From Polyangiales bacterium (lineage in GTDB: Bacteria > Myxococcota_A > Polyangia > Polyangiales > Ga0077539): 64,000 nucleotides of DNA. The stretch covers positions 320,001 to 384,000 of the forward strand of contig JBGARZ010000006.1 in the NCBI GenBank assembly GCA_044229975.1. Reading direction: 5' to 3'. The notes under the pieces were generated by a model, which made no database searches, was not told the origin of the DNA, and saw only the letters and a list, made by a program, of their open reading frames with translations. This document shows, piece after piece, positions 37,517-46,388 of this stretch. Within the stretch, counting starts at the first letter, position 1. The number at the start of each line of letters is the position of its first letter. Made by a program: the position numbers and the translations under genes.

Positions 37517-38875
37517 ATGACGGCGGCGGGTGACATCCTCGGAGGCAAGTACCAGCTCCTGCGCCTGCTCGGCGAAGGCGGCATGGGCCAGGTCTTCGAG
37601 GCCATCAACCAGAACACCGACCGCCGCGTCGCCATCAAGACCCTCCACCCCGAGTGGACCCGCGAGCCCGCCGTCGTGCAGCGCTTCCTCCGCGAAGCCC
37701 GCGCGGCCACGAAGATCAACCACCCCAACGTGGTCGACGTGCTCGACCTCGACACCGACGCCGCCACCGGCGCGCCGTACATCGTGCAGGAGTTTCTCGC
37801 GGGCGAGAGCCTCGAAAGCCACCTCGCGGCGCGACCCGACAAGCGCCTCCCCGTCGCCGACGCGCTGCGCATCCTCGTGCCGGTGATGGAGGCCCTCGTC
37901 GCCGCCCACAAGCTCGGCATCGTCCACCGCGACCTGAAGCCCGCCAACCTCTTCCTCTCCATCGATCGCGGCGCCACGCCCACGCCCAAGGTCATCGACT
38001 TCGGCATCGCCAAGCTCATGGAGACCAAGGCCGACGCCGTCCGCCAGACCGCCGCCGGCACCCTCGTCGGAACCCCCAGCTACATGTCCCCCGAGCAGGC
38101 CGCCGGCGCCGCCGACATCGACGCCCGCACGGACGTCTGGTCCCTCGGCGTGGTGCTCTACGAGCTGCTCTCGGGCGCGCTCCCCTACGACGCCCCCAAC
38201 TACAACCTCCTCGTCGCCAAGATCGTCTACGAGGCCCCCGTCCCCGTGCTGCAACAGGCCCCGTCGCTGCCGCGCGACGTCGCCGCCATCGTCGATCGCG
38301 CCCTCCTGAAAGACCGCGACGCGCGCTATCCGTCGATGCAGGCCATGCTCGACGCCACCCTCGCGTGCGCCGCCTGGGCCGCCACCAGCCCCACCCCTTC
38401 GTCCGCGCCTTCCATCAACCCGACGGTCGCGCCTGGCGTCCCGGCGCAACGCCTCAGCGCACCGCCGTCGTCGCCGCCGTCGCTCGCCGCGTGGTCGGCG
38501 CAACCACCGTCGCCTCCGCGTCGCACCGCGCTCACCGCGCTCGCGGCCCTCGTCGTCGCGGCCCTCGTTGGTGTGGCCAGCTTCCTCAGCTTCCGCGACA
38601 AGCCCGTCGCCACCGTGGTCGCCGCCCCCGCGTCGCGGCCCGCTCCGTTGCCCGTCACGGCCGTCATCGTCGCCCCGCCGCAGCCCGTCGCCGCACCACC
38701 GCAGCCCGTCGCCGCGCCGCCCGCGGTCGAGCCCGTGGCCGAGCCCGTGGTCGCGCCCGCTCCGACGCCGCCACCCGCCGCCGTGCGTCGCTCCGTTGTC
38801 CCAGCGCGCCCGCGTCCGCCGCGCGCGCCTCGCCCGCCCAGCAGCCACGACTTCGACCGAGGCTACCCCGAATGA
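37517..38875 (+). CDS. Ser/Thr protein kinase, membrane-anchored
   Basis: LGEGGMG, VAIK, HRDLKPAN, DFG, GTPSYMSPEQ, DVWSLG; TM helix; Pro-rich tail. Confidence 0.96.
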   Translation: MTAAGDILGGKYQLLRLLGEGGMGQVFEAINQNTDRRVAIKTLHPEWTREPAVVQRFLREARAATKINHPNVVDVLDLDTDAATGAPYIVQEFLAGESLESHLAARPDKRLPVADALRILVPVMEALVAAHKLGIVHRDLKPANLFLSIDRGATPTPKVIDFGIAKLMETKADAVRQTAAGTLVGTPSYMSPEQAAGAADIDARTDVWSLGVVLYELLSGALPYDAPNYNLLVAKIVYEAPVPVLQQAPSLPRDVAAIVDRALLKDRDARYPSMQAMLDATLACAAWAATSPTPSSAPSINPTVAPGVPAQRLSAPPSSPPSLAAWSAQPPSPPRRTALTALAALVVAALVGVASFLSFRDKPVATVVAAPASRPAPLPVTAVIVAPPQPVAAPPQPVAAPPAVEPVAEPVVAPAPTPPPAAVRRSVVPARPRPPRAPRPPSSHDFDRGYPE

Positions 38876-39687
38876 AACTCCACGCTCCCGTCTTCGCGCT
38901 CGCGCTCGCGCTCACCCCGGCCGTCTCCTTCGCGCAGCCCGCCAACCCCGAGGTGCAGGCCCGCACCGCCTTCGAGCGCGGCATCGCCGAGGTCGACGCC
39001 GGTCGCTTCGCCAGCGCCGTCGCCGCCTTCGAGGAGTCCTACCGGCTGCGCCCCGTCGCCGTGGTGCTCTTCAACCTCGCCGGGGCGTACTCGCGCATGG
39101 GCCGCCACCAGCAGTCCATCGCCACCTACGAGCGCTACCTCACCGAGGGGACGCGCCTGCCGCCCGACCGTGTTCAGTCGGTGCGCGATCGCATCGCCGA
39201 GCTGCGCCGCGAGATGCCCGTGGTGGTGCTCCATGTGCGTCCGGCTCCCTTCACGCTCACTGTCGACGGGCGCCCGCAGGCCGTCACCGGCGACGAGCTC
39301 GCCCTCGACCCTGGCAGCCACCTGCTCGTGGTGTCCGCGGCCTCGCGCGCCTCGCAACAGCGCGAGGTGCAGCTCTCCCCTGGCGCGCGCATCACCTGGG
39401 ACGCCGAGCTCGTCGCCGACAACGCCGCCGCGCCGACCGCCCCCGTCGTCGCGGTCGCGGCCACGCCCACTGCGCCCGTCGTGACCACGCCGCACCCCGC
39501 GGGAGAGACCCCGGTGACGCCGCGCGAGAGCTCGCCGGGCATCACGTCGCGATGGTGGTTCTGGACGGGCCTTGGTGTCGTCGTCGCGGGCGGCACCGCG
39601 CTCGCCCTCGGCCTCAGCGGAACCTTCGACACCACGCAGGCCCCCGTCGCGGGCACGGCCTACAATCTGTCGGCGGTTCGCTGGTAG
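38872..39687 (+). CDS. TPR/PEGA-like membrane protein
   Basis: Signal peptide, TPR (FEESY...LFNLA...YERYL), PEGA-like PGSHLL, WWFWTG TM helix; ATGA overlap with the kinase. Confidence 0.85.
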   Translation: MKLHAPVFALALALTPAVSFAQPANPEVQARTAFERGIAEVDAGRFASAVAAFEESYRLRPVAVVLFNLAGAYSRMGRHQQSIATYERYLTEGTRLPPDRVQSVRDRIAELRREMPVVVLHVRPAPFTLTVDGRPQAVTGDELALDPGSHLLVVSAASRASQQREVQLSPGARITWDAELVADNAAAPTAPVVAVAATPTAPVVTTPHPAGETPVTPRESSPGITSRWWFWTGLGVVVAGGTALALGLSGTFDTTQAPVAGTAYNLSAVRW

Positions 39688-39815
39688 GCGGGTCACCCCT
39701 CGTCGACCATCTGTCGTAGGTGCCGCGCTTCCTCACCGGTACCCATCAATCCAGAAGCATTGACCCCTTGCGCGCCTGGCGGCCATTGAGCACGCCCCGC
39801 CGCCAACGTCGCCCG

Positions 39816-40886
39816 CTACCCCGCGAGCTCGCCCATCCCCGGCGCTCCGCTGCACAGCGCCATCGCGAACTCCTCCAGCACGCGAAACTCCCCGATGGGC
39901 CGCGTGCCCATGGCTGATCCCTTCGATCCCTTGAGCGCCGCGTCCGTCGCCGCCAGCACCCGCATCGCGCGGTGCAACTGCGGAACCGTCCACCGCCGCG
40001 TGGCATTGGCGAGCCACCCTGGTGGTTTGCCGTGCATGTACACGGCGCGCGAGACGTTGGCCGACGGATCGACCGAGAGCATCTGCTTGGCGCGCGCGAG
40101 CAACCGCAGCGAGTAGCCCAGCGAGCCGAGTATCATCAGCGCCTCGCCGCGCTGGGTCTTGAGCTGCGCGATGTTGGCGAGGGCCGTCGGCAGGTCGCGC
40201 ATCAGGATGGCGTCTGACAGATCGAAGCCACCGATCTCGCGCACGGGCGTGACGAGCTCTTCGACGGAGGCGAGGGTGACGGTCTTTCCGCCGGCGTAGA
40301 GCGAGAGGCGTTCGAGGGCGTCGGCGATGACGCCGAGCTCGGGGCCGATCCACTCGACGAGTCGCTCGACCACACCGTTCTCCGCGGTGATCTTGCGCGC
40401 GGCCATCTCCGCGGTGATCCAGCGGGTGAGCCACGGATCGACCTCGTCATCCTTGGTCGGAACGCTGCACGTCACCATCCACCCGAGCTTCTCGGCTTCC
40501 TTCACCCAGGTGCGGCGCGCGTCGAACTTCGTCGCGACCATCAGCAGCACCGTCGTCGGCTCCGGGTTGGCGAGGTACCCGAAAAACTCCTTCATCTCCT
40601 TGTCGCTGAGCTTCTGGGCGAAGTCCTCGGCGGAGCGCACGACGACGAGCCGCCGCTTGGCCATCATCGGGAGCGTGCGGCACGCGCCGATGAGGTTGGA
40701 GCAGGAGACGTGGTCGCCGTCGAAGACGTCCTCGGCGAAGCCGCGGGGGCCGGGGCCGACGACGGCGAGTCGCACGGCGTTCATGCAGCGGGTGACCAGC
40801 AGCCACTCGTTGCCGCCCAGAACGTAGACGGGCTTGATGGTTCCCTTGGCCAGCGCGTCGAGGGTGGCCCGCATGTCGTCGCTCAC
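39816..40886 (-). CDS. holA: DNA polymerase III subunit delta
   Basis: PVYVLGGNE, TLPMMAKRRLVVV, LERLSLY, FDLSDAI, DAALKG. Confidence 0.88.
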   Translation of the reverse strand: MSDDMRATLDALAKGTIKPVYVLGGNEWLLVTRCMNAVRLAVVGPGPRGFAEDVFDGDHVSCSNLIGACRTLPMMAKRRLVVVRSAEDFAQKLSDKEMKEFFGYLANPEPTTVLLMVATKFDARRTWVKEAEKLGWMVTCSVPTKDDEVDPWLTRWITAEMAARKITAENGVVERLVEWIGPELGVIADALERLSLYAGGKTVTLASVEELVTPVREIGGFDLSDAILMRDLPTALANIAQLKTQRGEALMILGSLGYSLRLLARAKQMLSVDPSANVSRAVYMHGKPPGWLANATRRWTVPQLHRAMRVLAATDAALKGSKGSAMGTRPIGEFRVLEEFAMALCSGAPGMGELAG

Positions 40887-40937
40887 GCCGGCGACGCTAC
40901 CGCACCTCGCCCGCGAACCTCACGTCTCCGACAACGC

Positions 40938-42041
40938 TCAGGTCTCGATCGCGAGCGTCTCCAGCCCCGCGACCGTCCCGCAGCGCGTGCGCCCGACGAT
41001 GAAGATGCGAATCTGCACCTCGCCCACGCGATACACCGTCACGCCCGTGAGCTCGCGGTTGACCACCTGAACCAGTTGCCGGAAGCGCGCCGCCCGGTGC
41101 TGGTCTTCGAGCCCGGCGCCCTCGTCCGCCACCACCGCGTTGCGCATCAACCGATCGAGCGTGATCTGCTCCACGCGCGTCGTCGCAGGCAAGCCCAGCA
41201 GCCCCAGCATCGCCGCGCCCGTCGGCACCGTGCGCAACCCGCTCGGCGCGTACCACGTCAGCGGCGCGTCGCTCTCCGACGTGAACAACAGCCGCTCCGT
41301 CGCGTCGGCAAACGTCGCCTGGAGCTCGCTCCCGCAGTGCCGCGCCGCCGTCGGCGCCTCCACCCGCACGAACACCTGCGTCGCCCGCAGCACCGGAACC
41401 CGCTCCGTCGACGGATTGCCCGGCGCCGTCGTCCGCACGCCCGCGACCAGCACGCCCTCATCACGCGTTGCTGCGCCGAGCACCGTGTCGCGCGCGGTGT
41501 CGCTGAGCGTGGTGAGCCGCGAGAGGTCGACGCCCGTCACGGGCAGCGGCCGCGCGGTGCTGTTGACCCGCTGCATGTTGAGCGTCGCGCACGGAATGAA
41601 GGTGCACATGGTCCCGGTGGTGGAGACGCGCGAGACGCTGGCGGTGGGCGCCGCGCCGGTGGCCGAGCGCCACGCCTCGCTGGCGACGAAGCGCCCGTAG
41701 GTGTTGCCCGTCGCGGCGGCGATGCGCCCGCGGTACACGACGGCGCCGTCGAGGGAGGTGGCGCCGATGCCGAGGCCCGCGAGGTCGAGCGCGCCGACGT
41801 AGCAGCGGTCGGCGGTGGTGCCGTCGACGCAGCGCAGGGACGACGCGTTGACGGGCGACACCCAGTAGCCGCCGCAGATGGGCGAGACGCAGCGTCGCGT
41901 GTCGTGGGCGAGGGTGAAGTACCCGTCTCCGCGCACCACGACGGAGTCGGTCGAGGTGTCGTCCTCGGCGAGCTCGGCGCCCACCTGACAGCCCGACAAG
42001 AGAAGCCCGAGGGCGAGCGAACGGACGGCGGTGAACTTCAT
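40938..42041 (-). CDS. Lipoprotein with C-terminal nuclease A inhibitor (NuiA)-like domain
   Basis: Lipobox LSGC; N-terminal RRCVSPICGGYWV; C-terminal LLFTSESDAP...VYRVGEVQIRIFIVG...GLETLAIET. Confidence 0.8.
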   Translation of the reverse strand: MKFTAVRSLALGLLLSGCQVGAELAEDDTSTDSVVVRGDGYFTLAHDTRRCVSPICGGYWVSPVNASSLRCVDGTTADRCYVGALDLAGLGIGATSLDGAVVYRGRIAAATGNTYGRFVASEAWRSATGAAPTASVSRVSTTGTMCTFIPCATLNMQRVNSTARPLPVTGVDLSRLTTLSDTARDTVLGAATRDEGVLVAGVRTTAPGNPSTERVPVLRATQVFVRVEAPTAARHCGSELQATFADATERLLFTSESDAPLTWYAPSGLRTVPTGAAMLGLLGLPATTRVEQITLDRLMRNAVVADEGAGLEDQHRAARFRQLVQVVNRELTGVTVYRVGEVQIRIFIVGRTRCGTVAGLETLAIET

Positions 42042-42108
42042 GGCGGCGCCCATGTACGACACGGTCCCACATCCGTCCAGCGCGACGACGGTGATAGAAG
42101 CCCTGCCT

Positions 42109-43143
42109 GTGACGACGCACCCCGCCCGCTTCGCTCTCCTCGCCGCCCTGTTCGGGTGCTCCTCCACCCCGACCGTTGCTTCCGACGCCTCCGTCTCATC
42201 GGACATCGCCCATATCGCCGTCGACATTCCTTCGGCCGATGTCCCTTCGAGCGATATTCCTTCTGTCGACGCTCCGTCGATAGCCGATATTTCTCCCATG
42301 ACCGATGACGCGCCCGCCCAGGGTTGTGGCGTGTGCGCGACCCGACCCGAGCCCGAGACCTCCGGCTTCCTCACCGACAACGACCTCGACGAGCTCTCTG
42401 GCATCGTCGAGAGCCGCGCCCAGCCCGGCATCTTCTTTGTTCACAACGACTCTGGCGACTCGGCCCGCTTCTTCGCCATCGACCGCACCGGAACCCGCCG
42501 CGCCACCTTCGTCCTCCGCGGCGCCACTGCTGTCGACTGGGAGGACATCGCCATCGGCCCGTGCCCCGCCGGAACCTGCCTCTACCTCGGCGACATTGGT
42601 GACAACGACCTCGTACGCCCTGGCTACTCCCTCTATCGTGTCGCGCAGCCCACCGTCCCGGACGGAACCTCCGCCAACCGTGATGTCCCCTGGGAGCGCT
42701 TCACCTTCACGTATCCCGACGGCCGCCACAACTCCGAGGCGCTGGCCATCCGTCCCGACACGGGTGACGTCTATGTCTTCACCAAGGTCACCACGCTGCC
42801 CTCGGTGATCTATCGCTTCCCGCAGCCGTTGCGTGTCGACGCATCGATGACCCTCACGCGCGTTGGCGAGCTCGCTCTTCCGGCTGGGAGTTCGGGCCTG
42901 GTCACGGGCGCCGACATCCACCCGTGCGCGGCGCGCTTGTTGGTTCGCACCTACGATCGCCTGTGGGAGTTCGGCAATGCGAGCGCTTCGTGGGAAGACC
43001 TCTTCCGCGCCGCTCCCGCGCGCATGCTGGTGCAGACCGAAAACCAGGGCGAGGCTGTTGGATGGCACTCCGACGGCCGCGGCTATGTGACCATCTCCGA
43101 AGGGCGGGGGCAGGGCCTCCACGACGCGCACTGCCCGCGCTGA
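42109..43143 (+). CDS. Lipoprotein, beta-propeller (esterase/phytase-like)
   Basis: ELSG, HNDSGD, DWEDIA, GDIGDN, YPDG, NSEAL, VTGADI, QGEAV. Confidence 0.82.
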   Translation: MTTHPARFALLAALFGCSSTPTVASDASVSSDIAHIAVDIPSADVPSSDIPSVDAPSIADISPMTDDAPAQGCGVCATRPEPETSGFLTDNDLDELSGIVESRAQPGIFFVHNDSGDSARFFAIDRTGTRRATFVLRGATAVDWEDIAIGPCPAGTCLYLGDIGDNDLVRPGYSLYRVAQPTVPDGTSANRDVPWERFTFTYPDGRHNSEALAIRPDTGDVYVFTKVTTLPSVIYRFPQPLRVDASMTLTRVGELALPAGSSGLVTGADIHPCAARLLVRTYDRLWEFGNASASWEDLFRAAPARMLVQTENQGEAVGWHSDGRGYVTISEGRGQGLHDAHCPR

Positions 43144-43333
43144 TTCCCCTCTCCCGCCGCATCTTCGCCCTCGCCCTCGCCCTCATTGGGCCTACGCCGC
43201 GGCGTCAGCCCATTCGTGAGACCGGTCGGTCGCGCGCTGTCGCTGCGCGTGGCAGTCCCTCGGACCTACGCCGCGGCATCAGCGCGGCGCGCACCGGTCA
43301 GGCCTGCAACGATCGCTCTCCGTCCCTCACCCG

Positions 43334-43813
43334 TCATTCCCTGATCGAGAAGGCACCGACTGCGTGGTCGCGCACGGTCCCCTCGACGACAACCACAGCC
43401 GGGGACGCCCCAATGTGTACGATCAGATAGCGGGTCAACGAGTGCGGACCGAAGTGCGTACAGCACACGAAGAAAAACGCGACGTCGTCGATGGTCTCAT
43501 CGGCGTGCGACGTGGTCATGACGTGTTCGTCGTCCGACCAGCCATCGGGGGAGTCCTCGAAGCCCATGATGAACTCGGTATCGAATGAAGACTCCCACGC
43601 CTGACATTGCATGCCGCCGCAGACGGCATAGCGACAGCCCGCATCGAGGAGCGCCCTCGCCACGGCTGCCCTTCGCTCGCCGTCAAAGGAACCATCGTGG
43701 TCCCACACGAGGCACGGGAAGGTGACCCCTTCGAACGGGACCACGAGGTCATCGGGCGCGGCGATGGACACCGCGTCGAGCCGTCGGTCGCCGATCTCCA
43801 GGAGAGTGGTCAA
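43334..43813 (-). CDS. Hypothetical protein (distal end of cassette array)
   Basis: LLDAGCRYAVCGG...WE...D...VMTTSH; TTG start. Confidence 0.7.
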   Translation of the reverse strand: MTTLLEIGDRRLDAVSIAAPDDLVVPFEGVTFPCLVWDHDGSFDGERRAAVARALLDAGCRYAVCGGMQCQAWESSFDTEFIMGFEDSPDGWSDDEHVMTTSHADETIDDVAFFFVCCTHFGPHSLTRYLIVHIGASPAVVVVEGTVRDHAVGAFSIRE

Positions 43814-43863
43814 TGGTCTCTACTCGTCAACGCGTGGTCGATGTACCACCACGGGCGCTGCCA

Positions 43864-44214
43864 TCAGCTCTGGTGCGGGGCGGCGGGGCTCTGCACGAAG
43901 AGCCGCGTCTGCGCTTCGTTCGAGTCGCCGCGGTTCGTCGTGACGACGACGGCGCCCGCCGCGATGCCAGCGGCGGATCGGGTCACCACCCAGCTCCAGC
44001 GCGTGAGCACCGCGAGGGGCTCGTGCAGTGCCCGCGGGTCGCGACCCAGCGGCCCCCACAGCGACGGGTCACAATACAGGATGCCCGTGGTGCGATCGAG
44101 CACGAGCGCGGACTCGCCAGTGGCGTCCGGGGAGCTCTTCAACCAGGCGACGAGCACCTCGTGTCCACGCGGGACGGCTGCGACGAACGGGAGTTCTAGA
44201 ACTTGTGCGTCCAT
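43864..44214 (-). CDS. Hypothetical protein (cassette 6)
   Basis: AAGGA RBS before ATG; lies immediately downstream of attC 44297. Confidence 0.7.
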   Translation of the reverse strand: MDAQVLELPFVAAVPRGHEVLVAWLKSSPDATGESALVLDRTTGILYCDPSLWGPLGRDPRALHEPLAVLTRWSWVVTRSAAGIAAGAVVVTTNRGDSNEAQTRLFVQSPAAPHQS

Positions 44215-44296
44215 TGTGAGTTTCCTTGTATCTCGGCGGCCGTACGCATTCGGTGCAGAGCCGCCTGTACCGGAGTCATCGGATCAGACCTCGCCT

Positions 44297-44387
44297 GTCC
44301 AACGGATGGCCGATATGCCACCGCAGCGAGCCGAGTGGGTGTTCGTTGAGGTGAGTGGGGGCGGTCGGCACCATCGGCTTGTTGGAC
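44297..44387 (-). repeat. attC site
   Basis: RYYYAAC...GTTRRRY ends (GTCCAAC/GTTGGAC) with the conserved palindromic arms; 91 bp. Confidence 0.85.
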
Positions 44388-44393
44388 ACGCCG

Positions 44394-44681
44394 TCACCTG
44401 CCCTGCCAGTAGCCTGGTTGCCGCTTGGCGTGAGTAATGGCTACCACGAGGATACGTGTCGGCTCATCACGGTAGAGGATGGCATAGGGAAATCTGGACA
44501 GGAGTGCCCGACGCACATCGAGGTAGATTGGCCAGCGATCCGGCGCCTCGACGATGAGCCCAAGAGTCACGTCGAGTTCTTCAACAAAACGCGCCGCCAC
44601 TCGCGGATCGCGTTCCGCATACCATGCCGCGGCGTCCTCGCTTTCAACGAGGGCGCGCGGGTGCAGCTCAAGGGGTTTCAC
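44394..44681 (-). CDS. RelE/ParE family toxin
   Basis: HPRA..E...AAWY, RF, P..WP, RFPYAILYR, VVAITHAKRQPGYW. Confidence 0.9.
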   Translation of the reverse strand: MKPLELHPRALVESEDAAAWYAERDPRVAARFVEELDVTLGLIVEAPDRWPIYLDVRRALLSRFPYAILYRDEPTRILVVAITHAKRQPGYWQGR

Positions 44682-44919
44682 GTCGACCGTTCGCCGCGGC
44701 GAGAATGCGGCGCCGGGCCTCGGCCCACGGGATTGGCGTCACCGCTCCCGAGTCCACCTCCGCTAGCCGTCGTTGGGCTTCCTCAGCCCATGCCCGTTCG
44801 ACCCCTTCGTCAGCCGGACCGAGATCGTCGAGGCTATCAAGCAACTCAGCGACGACCGCCGCGCGCTCGGTGGCCGGCAGTTGCAGCGCAGCAGCCAAAA
44901 CATGTTCAACGTCGTTCAT
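44668..44919 (-). CDS. Addiction module antitoxin (TIGR02574-like)
   Basis: ALQLPATERA...LLDSL...AWAEEAQRR...SG...IPW; overlaps the toxin start. Confidence 0.88.
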   Translation of the reverse strand: MNDVEHVLAAALQLPATERAAVVAELLDSLDDLGPADEGVERAWAEEAQRRLAEVDSGAVTPIPWAEARRRILAAANGRRETP

Positions 44920-44987
44920 GGGTTGGTTCTACTCCTCCTCACGCGGGGTCGCGAGTTCGCTCGGCCAACACGCCGCTCGCCGAGGCT

Positions 44988-45079
44988 GCCCAACGGCTGG
45001 CCGATGTGCCGTCGCAGCAAGCGGGGGCGACGATCCTCGGGGATGGGTAGAGGCGGTCGGCACCATCGGCTTGTTGGGA
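44988..45079 (-). repeat. attC site
   Basis: GCCCAACGGCTGGCCGATGTGCCG...CGGCACCATCGGCTTGTTGGGA; 92 bp. Confidence 0.88.
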
Positions 45080-45093
45080 GGCTACGCCACGAC

Positions 45094-45429
45094 TCACTTC
45101 CTGCGTGGGTTGGGAGGCTCAGTCGTGAACAGCCGTCGGAGCCATGACCCATACGCCCACTTGCGCCACCTTGCCATCGTCGCGGCGTACCGAACGAACG
45201 CTACCTCGTCGGTAAAGACCTCGGCTTCGTGCTCGCCCACGGTGTCGGTCAGAGACACCTCCGCAAAAGGAAATGCTCGCAACAGATCGTCCTTCGTCGC
45301 GATGGCCGCTTCACGAGTCGCGAACGTCGGCCGAAAGGACACCGCACCGGAACAACGGTCTCCATGCGAGTCCAAGATGATACCCGTCTCGACCTCGGCG
45401 AGAAGCAGGGTGTAGCGCCCGTCACCCAT
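45094..45429 (-). CDS. Hypothetical cassette protein
   Basis: Single ORF filling the space between two attC sites; alternative start 45456. Confidence 0.6.
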   Translation of the reverse strand: MGDGRYTLLLAEVETGIILDSHGDRCSGAVSFRPTFATREAAIATKDDLLRAFPFAEVSLTDTVGEHEAEVFTDEVAFVRYAATMARWRKWAYGSWLRRLFTTEPPNPRRK

Positions 45430-45481
45430 CGCACCCCAGGCAGTCGTCGGGGCCACCGCCCCGCGGGCCCGATGGGTGTCC

Positions 45482-45572
45482 GCCCAACGGCTGGCCGATG
45501 TGCCGCCGCAACGGACGCGGCGGGTTGACGACGCGTGAAGCGGTAGCGGTCGGCAGCATCGGCTTGTTGGGC
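45482..45572 (-). repeat. attC site
   Basis: GCCCAAC...GTTGGGC with conserved arms; 91 bp. Confidence 0.9.
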
Positions 45573-45662
45573 ACGCCGCCCGCTGCCCTGTCGATGCGTA
45601 TGTGCGCCGTCACGCCGTTGCCCTCCGTGAACTCCGTAGTACCGGACTCAAGACGATCGACA

Positions 45663-46214
45663 TCAGTCGCGCTTCCATAACGAGAGGAATTCCGCGGCTA
45701 CCACCAACGATCGGCCGCTGTCGGAGAACCCGAATGCCCGTAGTTCGGGCCAATCCTTGACCAACAGGAACTCCCTGTCCGGTTCGCTGGATGGGTCGTC
45801 GTAGGGGACTTTGAGCACCAAGCTTTCACAAGGCCAGTTGGGCGCGACTCGACGGACATTCCATCCGTCTGGGGTGAAGGCCTTGAGCCCTCCCCCCCAC
45901 AAGCCAGCAACGGGGATGCGCTGCCCGGCGAGCGGCCCGATGCCGACAACCGACACGGGGTAAGGGTCGCGCTCGCCCTCCGCGCTGCCGCTGTGGCCGG
46001 GTTCGTCGGCCAAGGTGTCGCCCGTCTTGGCGTCGACCACGGTCAGTCCGTTGTGGGTCAGCACAACCAGCCACTCAGTGCCCGGCGCGAAACCCATTGC
46101 GACGGGCATCTCGAAGAACTCCTCCACGGGCACCACCACCCAAGGGGGCGGCGAACTGACCCTCTGTCGACTTCGCCACTCCGCACGAATCTTTCGGATG
46201 TGTCGATTGGTCAT
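45663..46214 (-). CDS. Hypothetical cassette protein
   Basis: ORF between attC sites; GLWGGGL...DGW, WP, ELRAFGFSDSG. Confidence 0.7.
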   Translation of the reverse strand: MTNRHIRKIRAEWRSRQRVSSPPPWVVVPVEEFFEMPVAMGFAPGTEWLVVLTHNGLTVVDAKTGDTLADEPGHSGSAEGERDPYPVSVVGIGPLAGQRIPVAGLWGGGLKAFTPDGWNVRRVAPNWPCESLVLKVPYDDPSSEPDREFLLVKDWPELRAFGFSDSGRSLVVAAEFLSLWKRD

Positions 46215-46291
46215 TGAATCTTCGATCCTGATCGAAGGGCACTGTCGTGGTTGTCGTCGCACTCACGCTGCCAACCCGTAGGACCGAGGCT

Positions 46292-46382
46292 GCCCAACGG
46301 CTGGCCGATGTGCCGCCGCACTGGGTGAAGCGGATTGGCGGCGGGTGCATTGTGCGCGGTCGGCACCATCGGCTTGTTGGGC
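46292..46382 (-). repeat. attC site
   Basis: GCCCAAC...GTTGGGC with conserved arms; 91 bp. Confidence 0.9.
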
Positions 46383-46388
46383 GGCCCC

